Below, one piece after another: positions 14,697 to 26,740 of a stretch of DNA of 64,000 bases (the first letter of the stretch is position 1; each line of letters opens with the position of its first letter). The stretch is from Vicugna vicugna (lineage: Eukaryota). The stretch lies in contig MU058198.1 of assembly GCA_013265495.1 (NCBI GenBank), forward strand, positions 446,419 through 510,418. The letters are read 5' to 3'. The notes below the pieces were generated by a model. That model ran no database searches and had not been told where the DNA came from. It was given only the letters and a program-made list of their open reading frames with translations. A program made the translations under genes and the position numbers.

Positions 14697-14874
14697 TGGG
14701 GGTGAGTGTATAGTTCAGTGGTAGAGCTGGTAGAGCGCATGCTTAGCATGCCTGAGGTCCCGGGTTCAATTCCCAGTACCTCCATTTAAAAAATGAATAA
14801 CCTAATTACTCCCCCCAAAAAAGATGAAAAAAAAAGTTAAAATAAGTAAAATAGTTGGGCAAAACAATTTTTTA
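14697..14874 (+). mobile_element. tRNA-derived SINE (camelid type)
   Basis: A/B boxes, A-rich tail, TSD AAAAATCATACAACT/AAAAATGATACAACT, internal TGGTAGAGC duplication. Confidence 0.9.
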
Positions 14875-15344
14875 AAAAATGATACAACTCTAGAGAAGCG
14901 AGAATAGAGTTCAAGAGATACTTTGACAGGGCGAGGCCAGAGAGCTATGTGGGCAAACAAAGGGACAGAGTCCAGACTGTGGAAGGGGAGGTAGTCAGGG
15001 AAGACTTCCAGAAGGAAGTGACACCAGATTGAAAGAACAGAGGAATACTCCTTATAAGGAAGTAAGCTACCGGCCCCTAGGTAGAGGTAACAGCAGGGCC
15101 TCTCGGGCTTAAGAAGTAACCTGGAGACCATTAGGCAGGTGCGGGGTTGGGGACGGGAATGAGAGCTAAGACAGGGACCAAATTATACAGGGTATCCCTT
15201 CAACTAATATTTACTGACAGCCTACTAGGCACCAAGCACTTGTCTAAGCATAGAGATGCGATGGTGAGCCAAGCACGCCCAGCCTCTGCCCTGCTGGAGC
15301 GTACCTCTAGTAGAGAGCAGAGATCTTAGTAACAGTTAACATAT

Positions 15345-15855
15345 ACCTGGTCCATGCCAGCCAGTCCCGAGGATGGCCCCAAGTGATGCTCTCCTCCCAA
15401 TATCCCGACATTCACGCCTTTATATAGGCCCCTTCCACACTGAACAGGGCTTTTATACAGGACCCCTTCTTCCCCTTCTCCCCCTTCCACCCTGCTCTCT
15501 CTTGGATTATCTGCTCTGGGAGAAGCCAGCCTCCGTGTTATGAGGACACTCAAGCAGCCCTCTGGGAGGTCCCCGTGGAGAGGAACTGAGGCCTCCTGTC
15601 AATATCCAGTGTCAATTTACCATCCTTGTGAGCAAGTCATCTTGGAAGGAATCCTCTAGCCCGAGGCAAGCCTTCAGATGACTGCATCACTAGCTGAAAC
15701 CATGACTGCAACCTTGAGAGAGACTCTAAACCAGAATCACCTTGATAGATCACTCCCCAATTCCTGACCCACAGAAACTGTGAGATATGTGTTTATTATT
15801 GTTCTAAGCCTCTAGATTTGGAGATAATTTGTTACATGGGATAGGTGACTAATAT
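15345..15855 (+). mobile_element. MaLR LTR (MLT1F-like)
   Basis: GGAACTGAGGCCTCC...AGCCTTCAGATGACTGC...TCCTGACCCACAGAAACTGTGAGATA. Confidence 0.75.
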
Positions 15856-17056
15856 AAGCACTTACTAAGTTATTTACATAAATTCTTTTCATCCTTATGA
15901 TGATCCCCTGAAGTAGATACCATCATTATTTCCAATAATACACACAGGAAACTGAGGCACCAAGCGCTTATATGCCTTCCCAAAGACAAAACCAGTAAAT
16001 GGGAAAAAGAGGATTTGCACCTGTGAATACAGAGTCTAGACTCATAACCACTACACTATAGCTGTCAGCATGGCTGTGGGTGCACTTCATTCATTCATTC
16101 ATTCATTCATTTAATACATTGGTAGCAGCCACCATGTGCCAGACTGTTCTAGGTCCCAGGGAAACAAGACAAAGCCCCTGCTTTTGGTGGCACCCACATT
16201 CTAGGAGAGACAGCTAATAAACCAGGCAATGATCAAACCAGATGACTAAGTGCTTTGAAGGAATAAGAAAGGTAACTGGTCAGGGAAAGAGAGAAGAGAC
16301 ACTTTTCTAGACAAGACAACTACAGAGGGTTGTCTCTCTGAAGTGACATTTAAGCAGATCTGACAGGAGGAGAAAGAGGCTGCCATATGAAGATCAAAGA
16401 GAAGTGTACTCTGGGCAACAGGAATAGCAGATGCAAAGGCCCTGAGGCAGAAATGACCTTGATATGTTGGAGAAATGGGAAGGCAGTCAGTGTAGCTGGA
16501 GCAGGATGGGTTAAGATAAGGCTGTAGGTGATGAGGGTCTGGAGAGGTGGGCTGGGGTCTTTGCTGGCCTTTTTGACCACCATAGAAAATCCTGGAGTTT
16601 ATTCACAGAGCAGTAGGAAGCCACTGCAAAGCTTTAATTAAGAAGGCAAGTATTGTGATCGAATTTCAGAAGGATACACATTTCCCATTTCTGTAAACCA
16701 GACGTCATTTGTCTCCTGCCCTCCTCCAACTGTCCTCCCATGATGCCCATACCAGCGTCAGGGCTTACAAAGTGCTACAAAGTTATAAGCACAGTCCCTT
16801 CTGAGCCTCCCACTCCTGCTGGTGGGGACCAAGTCAGAAAACATCATCTGCCCAAGGGACGGAGAGACGTTTTAATTAGAGGAGCTAGTAATAACACTCA
16901 TAAAAAGATGTTTAGAGTCCCCCAAACACCCAGAAAAGGTCCAAGAAAGATAAATCTCATGCCTTCCAAATGGGAAACCAGGATTGGCATCTTAGATGTG
17001 ATGGACTGTGCTAAAATAAGAGGAAGATTTAAAAATCAACTAGAAAATAACTTGAC

Positions 17057-17162
17057 GGGGGAGGGTAATAGCTCAGTGGTAGAGTGTGTGCTTAGCATGC
17101 ACGAGGTCCTGGGTTCAATCCCCAGGACCTCCCCTAAAAAACAAACAAAAACAGTACAAACA
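17057..17162 (+). mobile_element. tRNA-derived SINE (camelid type)
   Basis: TAGCTCAGTGGTAGAG...GGTTCAATCCC, A-rich tail, TSD AGAAAATAACTTGA/AGAAAACACTTGA. Confidence 0.9.
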
Positions 17163-18213
17163 AGAAAACACTTGAATAGCTATTATTTGAAACGCTGAAA
17201 TTAAGCTGATGCCAGAAATACTAATAATGCATCAGAAAATAATTAGCATCAAACCAAGCCTGACTTGTTTTCCAATTCCTGAGCAAGTTCCCAGGCTGTG
17301 AGTCTCTCTGGATGTCTTCTCTTTTTCTTCTTCTTCTAGGTATTGAGATCAATCCAGTTAGAAGGGCTCAAGGCCCAAATCTACACTCATGCTGTATCGT
17401 AAATCCTTGTAACAAAATCTCTATTCTCAAACTGAAATAGAAAAACTGCTGCAGATAAAACTCACAGTGAGGTCTTGTGTTTTGTCAAGTGCAAATATAA
17501 GACACAGATGCTGCAAAGAAGCCTGCCTGGGGGCTGGCAACGTTTCTGCCTTGACTGGGTATCGGTTGTACATGATTATGTAAAAACTCACAGAGCTGTA
17601 CACTTCACTCTTAAGTTTTACCCAATAAAAAAGGGGAAAAGCATATAATATTGGGCTGGCTACCACTGATTGTGCCTTTCTATGTATCAAGCACTGTACT
17701 AGGCACTTCACACGTCTGCCTCTCAACTAATCCCATCACTATCGTATTTTCATTTTACTGCTGAAGAATCTGAGGCTCAGAGAGGGCTAGCCACGTAGCA
17801 AAGGTAACACAGCAATCAACAGCCGAGGGAGAACTCAGTTCGTAGTCTGTCTAATTGTGAAGCCGGAGATGTCTGGGAGGCAGGCACCTCGTACCAGAAC
17901 GTTACGGCTGGCAGGGGTATCACGATGGTTTCATTTAACATGTAAGATGATTCAGAGACTAGCCTGGGATCCCTCGGCCAGCAGCGGGAAGGCAAACTCA
18001 CCACGGCCGGGACTTCATTCTTGTGTTCTTTTGGTAGGGCATGTACTCCCTGAATTGGGTGAGGATGGGCTGGAGGAGGCAGAGCAGGAGTGAGGATAAT
18101 CCGCTCTCCCTCCAGCCGCGGGGGTGGGGAGGGGGCCGGGCCGCGCCGAGCTCCCAGCCGCTCGCGCCCGCGTGCGCCCGCCGGCCGCCAGCAGCCGGGG
18201 CGCCGCCGCCTAC

Positions 18214-18280
18214 CTTGGTGGACGAAGGGCTGCCCGCTGGGCCTGCCGGCCGGGAGCGCACTGCCGCTGGGCTCGCTCAT
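18214..18280 (-). CDS. TMC7: TMC7 coding exon 1 (MSEPSGSALPAGRPSGQPFVHQ + phase-1 G)
   Basis: ATG at 18280 in GCAGCCATG context inside a CpG island. Donor AAG|GTAGGC at 18213. The 67 nt splice in frame to exon 2, and the peptide resembles the mammalian TMC7 N-terminus. Confidence 0.93.
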
Positions 18281-18322
18281 GGCTGCAACCGGCGCCGCCG
18301 AGACGCCGCGGGAGACCCGCTC

Positions 18323-18345
18323 CCGCCGCCGCCGCCGCCGCCGCC
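18323..18345 (-). repeat. (GGC)7 trinucleotide repeat in the TMC7 5' leader
   Basis: Seven CCG units on the plus strand, about 45 nt upstream of the ATG. Confidence 0.9.
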
Positions 18346-18889
18346 TCCCGGCCTTCCCTCCCGGAGCCGGGATTCCAGGTTCCGGCGCTGACGTCACAGG
18401 GGCGGGGGCGGGGCGCCCCGCGGCCCTTCCCACGCCCGCCGCGCGCGGGACCACCCGGGCGGCCCGGCGCGCGGAGGCGAGCGGCAGGCTGCGGCCGTGG
18501 GAGGGTTCACCCCGGCGCCTCGTGGAGCGGGGATGGGAGACGCGGGAGGAGAGCCCAAGAGGCACGGGACGGCTCCATCCAGCGGCCGCGATGAGGGACG
18601 ATCTCCCGGGTGTCATACTACATTTTTTTAACTGTAATAAAAGTAACCAAGAACCCTGAACGAGTGTATCTAGTCAGTTACAATTTTGGGGTACAAAAAG
18701 GAAATATATTTGTCATGCTTGTAAATGCATAAGATCTCTCGAGTGGGGAGCTAAGAGGCTGGGTGAGAAAGGCGTGAAAAGGTTTGTCACTAAATGCTGT
18801 GTTTGTCTTTTAAAATTTGCCCCATATCCAAGTTTCATCTCTTCCTATATACATCTTTCCGTGTATAGTTTAAAGTTAAAAGGAATTGC

Positions 18890-20400
18890 CAAATATAAAC
18901 AATGCCAAATAACGAAATGTATAGACATTTGTCTATAATACGAGTAACCCGTCAAATTAAACAAACGGGAAGTATGGATAAATCCCCTGTGCAAAAGGGT
19001 TCCAAATAATTCATAGATACTTCAAGGAAGTGGAGCATAACTCCCTAGTGTCTTAAATGTGGGCTTCGCACAGTGACTTCCTCCAAAGAGTGTAGTATGG
19101 AAAGGGAGGGCCGGCACACAAGCAACCTCATTTGAATAATACCTGGGGAGAACTTCCTCAGATGGTCAAGGTCACCGTTCACAGTGATGTCTTGTTGATG
19201 GTATGCACCCTCAGTGTGAGTGATGGCAATGACACTTCACCGGTGGGGTCTTTCTCCCCAGAACCCATAACTTCAGCCTAAACATAAGAAAAATATCAGA
19301 CAAATCCCAATCAAGGGACATTAAACAGGGTATCTGATCAGCTCCACAAAACTCTCAAGGTCACCAAAAACAAGGAAAGTCAGAAACTGTCACAGCCAAG
19401 AGGAAACATGACCACTTAAAATGTAATTTGATAGCTGGGAAGAGAATGTGGAACAGGAAAAACTAAGCACATCTGAATAAAGTATGGGCTTTAGATAATA
19501 ATACTGTGTCAAAATTGGTTCATCTATAATTACAAATGTACCATACTGATGTAAGATAGTAATAATCGGAGAATATACTCAGTGCTAGTCTCAACATCTT
19601 TCTGTAACTCTAAAACTATTCCAAAATAGAAACTTAATTTTTTTTAAGTAATTGCTTGGCTCAAAATAAAGGCTATTTTTACTGCTGTTAAAGGTTGGGT
19701 CATTGAGTTTCTAATTATTCCCTGAGTGAGCTGGGCCATGTGCCTCATCCTCTCTAAGCCTCTGTTTTCTCACCTGGAAAATGGGGATATATTACTAGGT
19801 CCCCAGGGTTGTAGTGAGAATAATCCCCTGAAGTGGATGGCAGAGCATCCGGGGGGAAAAAAACCCTAATCTGTTGCCATCCTTGCACTTAACACAAAAG
19901 AAAACCTATGCAAAAATATAAATGTAAAAAATAAAACCATAAAAGTGATAAAAGAATTTTTAAAAAGTGTTTCTGTTTGGTTTTGGATTTGTTCATTTAT
20001 TAGTATCAGACAGGAAGAACTTACCAAGTTTGATCCAAACCCAGAAGCAAAACAACAAAATAAAACAAAAAGTTGTAAATTCAACTACATAAAATTTTTA
20101 AATTCTGCAGCACAGGCAATGACATTTGTACGAGGTTATTCCTTGCAATGTTTATATTAGCAAAAGAATGGAAGTAGCCTAAATCTTCATAGACAGGAGA
20201 CTGGTTAAATGAATTTTGACACATACGTCCACCTATTGTATAGCTCTATGTGTAGATACGCAGAAAGTTCTACGTATAGAAATATACAATCACATGAAAA
20301 AAAGTAAGGTGCCGAAGAAATGTGTTAGGGTAAATGGGTAAAGAAAGAAGAATATGTGCATGTTTGTAAATGCATAGTATATCTCAGAAAAAGGGTGATG
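18890..20400 (+). mobile_element. Old L1MC/L1ME fragments with an intervening MIR, upstream of the TMC7 promoter
   Basis: AAACATAAGAAAAATATCAGACAAATCCCAA..GAGGGACAT motif; MIR core at about 19730-19830. Confidence 0.65.
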
Positions 20401-20979
20401 GGTATTTACTGATTATCCTTTTTTTTTTTGCGTTGCATCGACATATTACCCATACATGCTTGAATGTTTTCCTCATTATCTTTGAAGTGTGTGGCACAGA
20501 ACAGTGTTGACAAATGATGGCTATTTCTGTCGTAAGACAATGCCTCCCTCTTCCCTTCCTCGCTGAAGCTATCTCCCAGCCCTCGCCGCCCCCTCCCCAA
20601 TCCCAGCCCACAGATCTGGAAGGAGATGGATGGAGGCTCTGAATTCCAAGTCTTATCTGGCGCCTGGCCCAGCTTGGTCTGCATCCTGAGCCAGGCGAAG
20701 CCTCAGGTTCTCTCTGGGACAGGGGAATGAGCCCAGTATCCTGAAGGAGACTCCTTCCTCCCAGGAGAGCATTGACTTTACAGGAATAGAAATAGGGTCA
20801 TTCTTTGGGAAAAGATCACAAAAATCTCCTGTTGGAAGGGAATAGAAGGGAAAGAAGGCTGGCAGCTGGAGAGAAATTCAGACAGAAGGATGGCACGTAG
20901 GGCAGAATGCAGAATCACATGGAATTCTTGATTCCCTTTATATATTACTTTATTTCAGAGGGAAGCACATGTCTTTCCA

Positions 20980-20995
20980 CAGCGCCCCCTATAGG
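20980..20995 (-). promoter_or_regulatory. CTCF core motif (reverse)
   Basis: Minus strand reads CCTATAGGGGGCGCTG. Confidence 0.55.
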
Positions 20996-23079
20996 CTTTA
21001 TCAGTCCCATAGACTTGTTTCGTCTGTTTCCCACACTAGGATACAGTGGGAGGAACCCTATGGTGAGGTTTCTCTTGTTATTAGGAAAATTATAATAACA
21101 GTGCCACTTACTGGGGGCTTTTGGACTTTGTAACAAATCCCTATCACGCATTACCCCGTTTAAACTTCCTCATCCCTGAGAAGACAGTAGGAACCTTCCA
21201 CCCCTATTTTATAGAAAAAAGAACCATAGTACAGAGAGACAGAGCGGAATTGTCCCTCTGCCCTCCTTCCCCACCAGCAGTCACCCAACCCAAAGCACCA
21301 CCATCTCCACCAAGGCAAGAACTGCCTCCTGACTGTCTCTCTGCCTTGTCCAAGCCTTGTCTACACAGCAGTCAAAGCCAACTTCTCAGAAAGGAAATTG
21401 ATCTTGTAATTTTCCGGCTTAAACATCCCCTCCTCCTATGGTTTCCTCTTGCCACTTAGAATACACACTCACTCTCCTTATCATGCATGGAGCAGGCTTG
21501 GCAGGACCCATCCATCCAGCTCCAGCTCCATCTCCTTCCATCACCACGTGCCTGGCTTCCTTTCTGCTCCTTGAGCACCCCTATCCGTTCCTGCCTGCAA
21601 GCTCATGTTCGCTGTTTCCTTCTTCCTGGAACTTACACTTCACACTTACCCCTGGTTTTGTCTGCTTCTTCCTTCACAAGGCAAAAGATGTCCCCATCGC
21701 AGCTCCAGATGACATAAACTCCTAAAAGGCTGATTAGAGGTTTCTGAGTCACAATTCCCAAATTCTGGGAGGGAGACTGATATATTTGACTTAAAGAGTA
21801 AATTCCTGGCCCCACCGATCATGTTCTTAACGTAGTTTGTCCTGGTACAAGCAGGGGTCCCAGGGCATCCTAATGCCTTTCCCCTTCTTCCCACCGCCAA
21901 CAATTGTCATCCACAAGTGATCCACGACAGAAATGTGTTGTAAACTGCAAATCTCTAAATAAATGTTAATACAGTAGCTGTGGCTGTGTAAGTCTTGTAA
22001 CTGTGCGGTTGCAAAATGGGACAAAAAGAGGGCATTTTAGGTGCCATAGGTACATGCAAATGAAGCTCATCATTTTAGCCCATTTATGGCAAAAGAATTA
22101 GCCATGCCTTTGCTACTCTGAGTTTTCATGGAGAATTTGAGCTTGCTCTTGGTTCATTTGCTTTTTGACTGATTTGGCGGATTTGCCTACTCAAAGCCAT
22201 TAGCAAAATGTCCTCCTTACCTTCTGACATGTTCCCTGACTTGCACAAAAGTTCTGTCAACTGCTGACTGATGAAAGGATGCTGTAAAGACCACAGCTCT
22301 TTCAGCTGCCAGCAGTGATAACCCAGTCTGATTCTCCTAAGGGATAATCAGAATTTATTGTATTGGAAGGATATTGGGCAAGACATGGCTGAGCCTCAGA
22401 CGAGGATGGAAACTGAAGACTGGAGAGAACCCAGAAAGGTGAGTCTCTCTCCCCTTCTCTCAGTTTGGCTTCTCTCTGAGGCTGCTTGTTCCATCACACT
22501 ATGTCCTGGCTTTACACCTTCCAGTACAGGTGGGGGAAAATGTCTGGCAGTGGCTGATGGAGCCAACAGATCTTCACTGTTGCTCTGCCTCTTTCCCTCG
22601 CTCTAGCTGTGCTTTTCTGAGTAATTCCCAAATCAATTTCCCCACATATATCATGTCATGAGGAGAAGACAGCTGTGGGTGCAACGTTTAAGGAGACACC
22701 CAGGGCTTTCCAAGTACAGGACTGGCAGCTGAGAGCAAGCGTCTCCTCCCCTCCCAACTCCTCTCCTAGCCCAGCTCTCAAGGATGTTAGGAGGACATAT
22801 GAGGTCATCTTGTAAAGCACTTAGAACATTGCTTGGCCCATAGAAAGTGGTAGATAAATGTTTATTAAATATACTAGATTTTTCGTTAAATATTTATGTT
22901 AGTTGATGTAAGAAAATTCATATTGATGACAAGAGAAGAAAAATGTAAACATAAAATTTTTCTCTGCCTGTTTGATGTGTCTTGTGCATCTACATTGACC
23001 AGACTTCCTCAAGAGGTAACAACAGTCCTTCTTAATCTTGTTTTTTGTTTGTTTCTTTGTTGTTATTTTTTCTTAAAAA

Positions 23080-23200
23080 TTTCTTCCTTCCTTCCTTTCT
23101 TTCTTCCTGCCTTCCTTTCTCCCTTCCTTCCTTCCTTCCTTTCTTTCTTTCTTTTTCTTTCTCTCTTTCTCTCTTTCTTTTCTTTTGTTTTTCCTTCTTT
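23080..23200. repeat. Polypyrimidine (TTCC/TTTC)n tract
   Basis: Direct reading. Confidence 0.9.
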
Positions 23201-23214
23201 ATCTTGTAAAAGGT

Positions 23215-23435
23215 CTTGATGACCCCTTGGGAGATAACCTTCCTTCTTCATCTTGCAAGGGATCACGATTACCCACTACTCATTTTGTATGTGCAGATCT
23301 GGATTGTGTTAACTGTCAATACATTCTTTGAAGTATAACCCTTTGTCTCAAAAACGTATATAACTGTTCTTTGACCTCTAATGGGCAGAAAAGTCCTCAG
23401 AACTTTCTGAAAGACTGTCTCCTGGGTTAAAATCC
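23215..23435 (+). mobile_element. ERV1 LTR fragment
   Basis: U3/R-like sequence with TATATAA followed by a typical R-region motif. Confidence 0.5.
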
Positions 23436-24359
23436 CAGTGCAGGTGTACTGTTATCTTCCGGATTGTTCCCTCCCCCTTCCTCTCCCCTTGCCCGATGCT
23501 CATTTCTGTCTACTACCTAACATTACCATTTTTAAGATAATAATCTTTCAGCCTTTAATCTAGGATGCCCCTCAGAATCACCTGTGGATTTTTCAGTTTG
23601 ATACTGTCTTTTGAAACAATTTTAAGGGGTTTTTGAATTTGTGAAAATAATAATGCTTGTTCAACTTTTCAGAAGTATGTATAAATATGCTTGTTTCCAA
23701 GGACACAGAAATATAAAAACGAATATCCTTTTATACTGTTTCCTTCTCCAGAAGTAATTACTTTAAGCTTATGTTCTTCTGACCTCTTTAAATGGTAGAC
23801 ATGTTATATTAGCATTTAATAAATACTAATGTATATATGGGTCAGAAATTGGTCAAACAGTTTATCTTGGGAGTCATGCATGTTATATCAATGCACTCAC
23901 TTGACACCCTCCAGTCCCACCTTACTTGCCACAGCCTGACCATTGAGAGATTTTTCGCTTGGGCTTGGGGGGATGTTTTCATAATTTGTGATTCCGTGTG
24001 AGATGGAATAATGGAAATGTGACAAAATTTGATCTCCAAATAGGTCAGTTGGGTTGACTCCATTTCAAGATTACAGTCTTACAATTGGGGAAAGTCTGTA
24101 AGCGCCAAAGTCAAGACAAGTCTGAACTGGAACGCTGGCTCTGACGCTTACTAGCGGTGTATCTGGGTGAGATTCGTTCTTCTTTGTTTGTGTTACTTTC
24201 TATCCATCAGTCTCCACATTTGTAAAGCCATCTTACGGAGATGTTAAATGAGGTCACACATGATGTTAAGTGCCCAGTGGGCTCCCAGCCTGCGGTACTT
24301 AAGTCTAGGATGGCTCTCTTTCTGACCTCAGCACCTTCTGGACCGACTGAGGGAACTTA

Positions 24360-24373
24360 CCACTAGGGGGCGC
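24360..24373 (+). promoter_or_regulatory. CTCF core motif (forward)
   Basis: CCACTAGGGGGCGC matches the canonical core and sits in a locally CpG-retaining patch. Confidence 0.75.
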
Positions 24374-24974
24374 AGGTGAGCGGGTGTGAGCGCCTTGCAA
24401 CTTTGGGCTGAGCGCAGTGCCTGCGGGCAGAAGCTTGGGGGCTATTTTGTATTCATTGCAAGCATCCCTAAAGTGTGTAAACACCATCCTCTCAGGAGAG
24501 GCAGAATAAAATTGTGTCTTGGATACAATGAGCGCTCCAGCGGGTGGCAGTGGCTCTGCTCTGCCCCTCCGGGGCCTGCCTTCTGGTTCCTTAGAATGTT
24601 TCACACACACTCTTCCCAAGAGCACTGAGTCAAATCCCTTTCGAGACCAAGAGCCTTTGTTTCACCACCTTTAAAATAAATGGGGTCATATTTCCCAGTC
24701 CCTCTCCGTTAGGTTAGTTGAAGAAATTTGGGCAGAGTTGAGGGGGACAACTCAAAAAAAAAGTACTTGAATGAGCACAAAGTAACATGCTTACATTTTT
24801 AAAAATTATTTTTTAAAACAGGCTAATCATGACACTCCAGATCTCATCTCATTCAGCCCTAAGAACAACCCTGTGAGGTAGGTTCTATTATTAGCCCATT
24901 TGATGATGGAGAAAACAGAGGCACAGAGATGGCTAGTGACTTTCCCAGTGTCACAAGGCATGTGTCTGTGTGTA

Positions 24975-26740
24975 GGGAAGGAATGATTAAAGTGAAAGTA
25001 GATACACGCTCCACAGACTGAATGCAGCCTTCTCCAAATGCAAGAGGAAGACCACAAGGTGCTGGGGTGTTAGATTCTATGGGCTGGGTAACTTCATAGG
25101 CTAACACGTGGGAGAATTATTTCAATTACTTTGGGGAAGGGGCTGGGGCTCCCAGGAATTGGGCCATCACTCACTTTTTGACCTTTCATGGTCAGCCTTG
25201 AAACTCCTGGCGCCTGTGGGAGTACCACTCAGCAGCTATTGTATTACAATGAGTGTTTATTCAAGCTCAAGTTGACTTTTTCACCATCTTGCTGTGCCAT
25301 TCTTTTAATGACTCTGCCTGGACCCCTTCCCTCCTGTCTCATTCTCCCCTCAGAGATTTTACTCCCATCATCTTATGGGAAGCAGAGGGGCAGTGTTCCA
25401 TCTTCTGTAGCTGCTTCAGGGCTGAGTAGGGGCTTAGACCCTGCCTATCAGGGAATAAAAATCTCTGAATGCCTGGTCTAGGGGTCCCGGGAGCGGGACA
25501 GCTTCTGGTTTTGAGTCAGAGGGCTGTACAGGCTGGAATCCTCACATGACCATCATCTTGATGTGGGATTGTCATAACCTGGAAGACATGAACTTTAACA
25601 AGTGGTTGAAGAGGAAAGGTCCAAGGAGGAGGAGGCGTATGACCATTAACTACAAATGGGACCAAATGTCCTAATGTATGGCTCCCTGGTGCCACACATT
25701 ATTGATCTAAAGGTTAATATTTTTATAGAGGCCAAATTTTCCCTGGAGTGCACTTGTCTTTGGGTCCTCATTCTGGGGATTGCTATATATCTAGATAGAT
25801 CCTGAAGGTGCAGTAAGAGATCTGGGAGCAGATGAATTTAGCAAGGAAGCAGCCGTCTGGATCCATGGAAGAGACAAGTTATAAACCATGTGGGGACAAA
25901 GGTCCATTAGTATAAAATAGTTAAGTCCAGGAGTATTTTATGCCCTCGGCTTAGATGTGATGGTGGTGTAAGTGGGTTTTACCTGTCACTTCCAAAGCCT
26001 CCCTATGAATCTTCTTAAAGATGAAGCATTTAAAAAAAATCACAAGACTTAAAAAGACACAGTTAGACATCTGATTACGAAGCCAGTAACAAGAAACTTT
26101 GTTACTGGATAAAGAAGATGTGGTATATTTATACAATGGAATACTACTCAGCCATAAACCCCGACAACATAATGCCATTTGCAGCAACATGGATGCTCCT
26201 AGAGAATGTCATTCTAAGTGAAGTAAGCCAGAAAAAGAAAGAAAAATACCATATGAGATCACTCATATGTGGAATCTAAAATACAGAAACAAACAAACAA
26301 ACAAAAACAAAGTGTAAATACAGGACAGAAATAGACTCACAGACAGAGAATACAGACTTGTGGTTACCAGGGGGTGGAGGGTGGGAAGGGATAGACTGGG
26401 ATTTCAAAATTGTAGAATAGATAAACAAATTTGACACAAACTGTAAAAATATTATAAATTCAATAAAAAATGTTAAAAAAAGAAACTTTGTTACTGCTGT
26501 GACATACGACATTTTAAGGTAATAACTAAAATTACAACTGATAACATTTTACCAAGACATACTAGATTTTTAGGAATTCCTTATAATTTCTAGAATATCT
26601 ATATTAATTACATTTACCTAAGCAGTATAACCTAAGGAGATTTATTACTTACTCGATAATACTTTCCATGCAATTTAACATACCAGATGAACCTACTTAG
26701 TTTAATATCTCTCTTTGGGATGTTTCAGGGGCTCTGGATT
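24975..26740 (-). mobile_element. Degenerate class I ERV remnant: internal sequence, env tail, polypurine tract and 3' LTR
   Basis: Minus-strand translation of about 25530-25650 reads LLLLGPFLFNHLLKFMSSRL*QSHIKMMVM*GFQPV, an env TM cytoplasmic tail. PPT GAGGGGAGAA immediately precedes the LTR start TGAG at 25341. Confidence 0.8.
26108..26479 (+). mobile_element. Young 5'-truncated L1 (ORF2 end, 3' UTR, polyA) nested in the ERV remnant
   Basis: ORF2 C-terminal WIKKMWYIYTMEYYSAI motif; perfect 17-bp TSD AAGAAACTTTGTTACTG at 26091 and 26480. Confidence 0.93.

Larger units (their letters stand above)
18090..18610 (-). promoter_or_regulatory. TMC7: TMC7 CpG-island promoter and 5' UTR
   Basis: Very GC- and CpG-rich. 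Full palindromic CRE TGACGTCA at 18389-18396, tandem GC boxes at 18399-18414, ETS-like CCGGAA (minus) at 18380-18385. Confidence 0.88.

Noticed and set aside
17057..17135. tRNA-like sequences here and at five other sites
   Set aside because: A-rich tails, TSDs and degenerate stems indicate SINEs, not tRNA genes.
16740..17198. 152-aa plus-strand ORF in TMC7 intron 1
   Set aside because: It runs through a SINE and has no recognisable domain or splice support.
17816..18659. Long overlapping ORFs (266, 189 and 156 aa) at the TMC7 promoter
   Set aside because: An artefact of stop-codon scarcity in a GC-rich CpG island; only 18214-18280 has splice and homology support.
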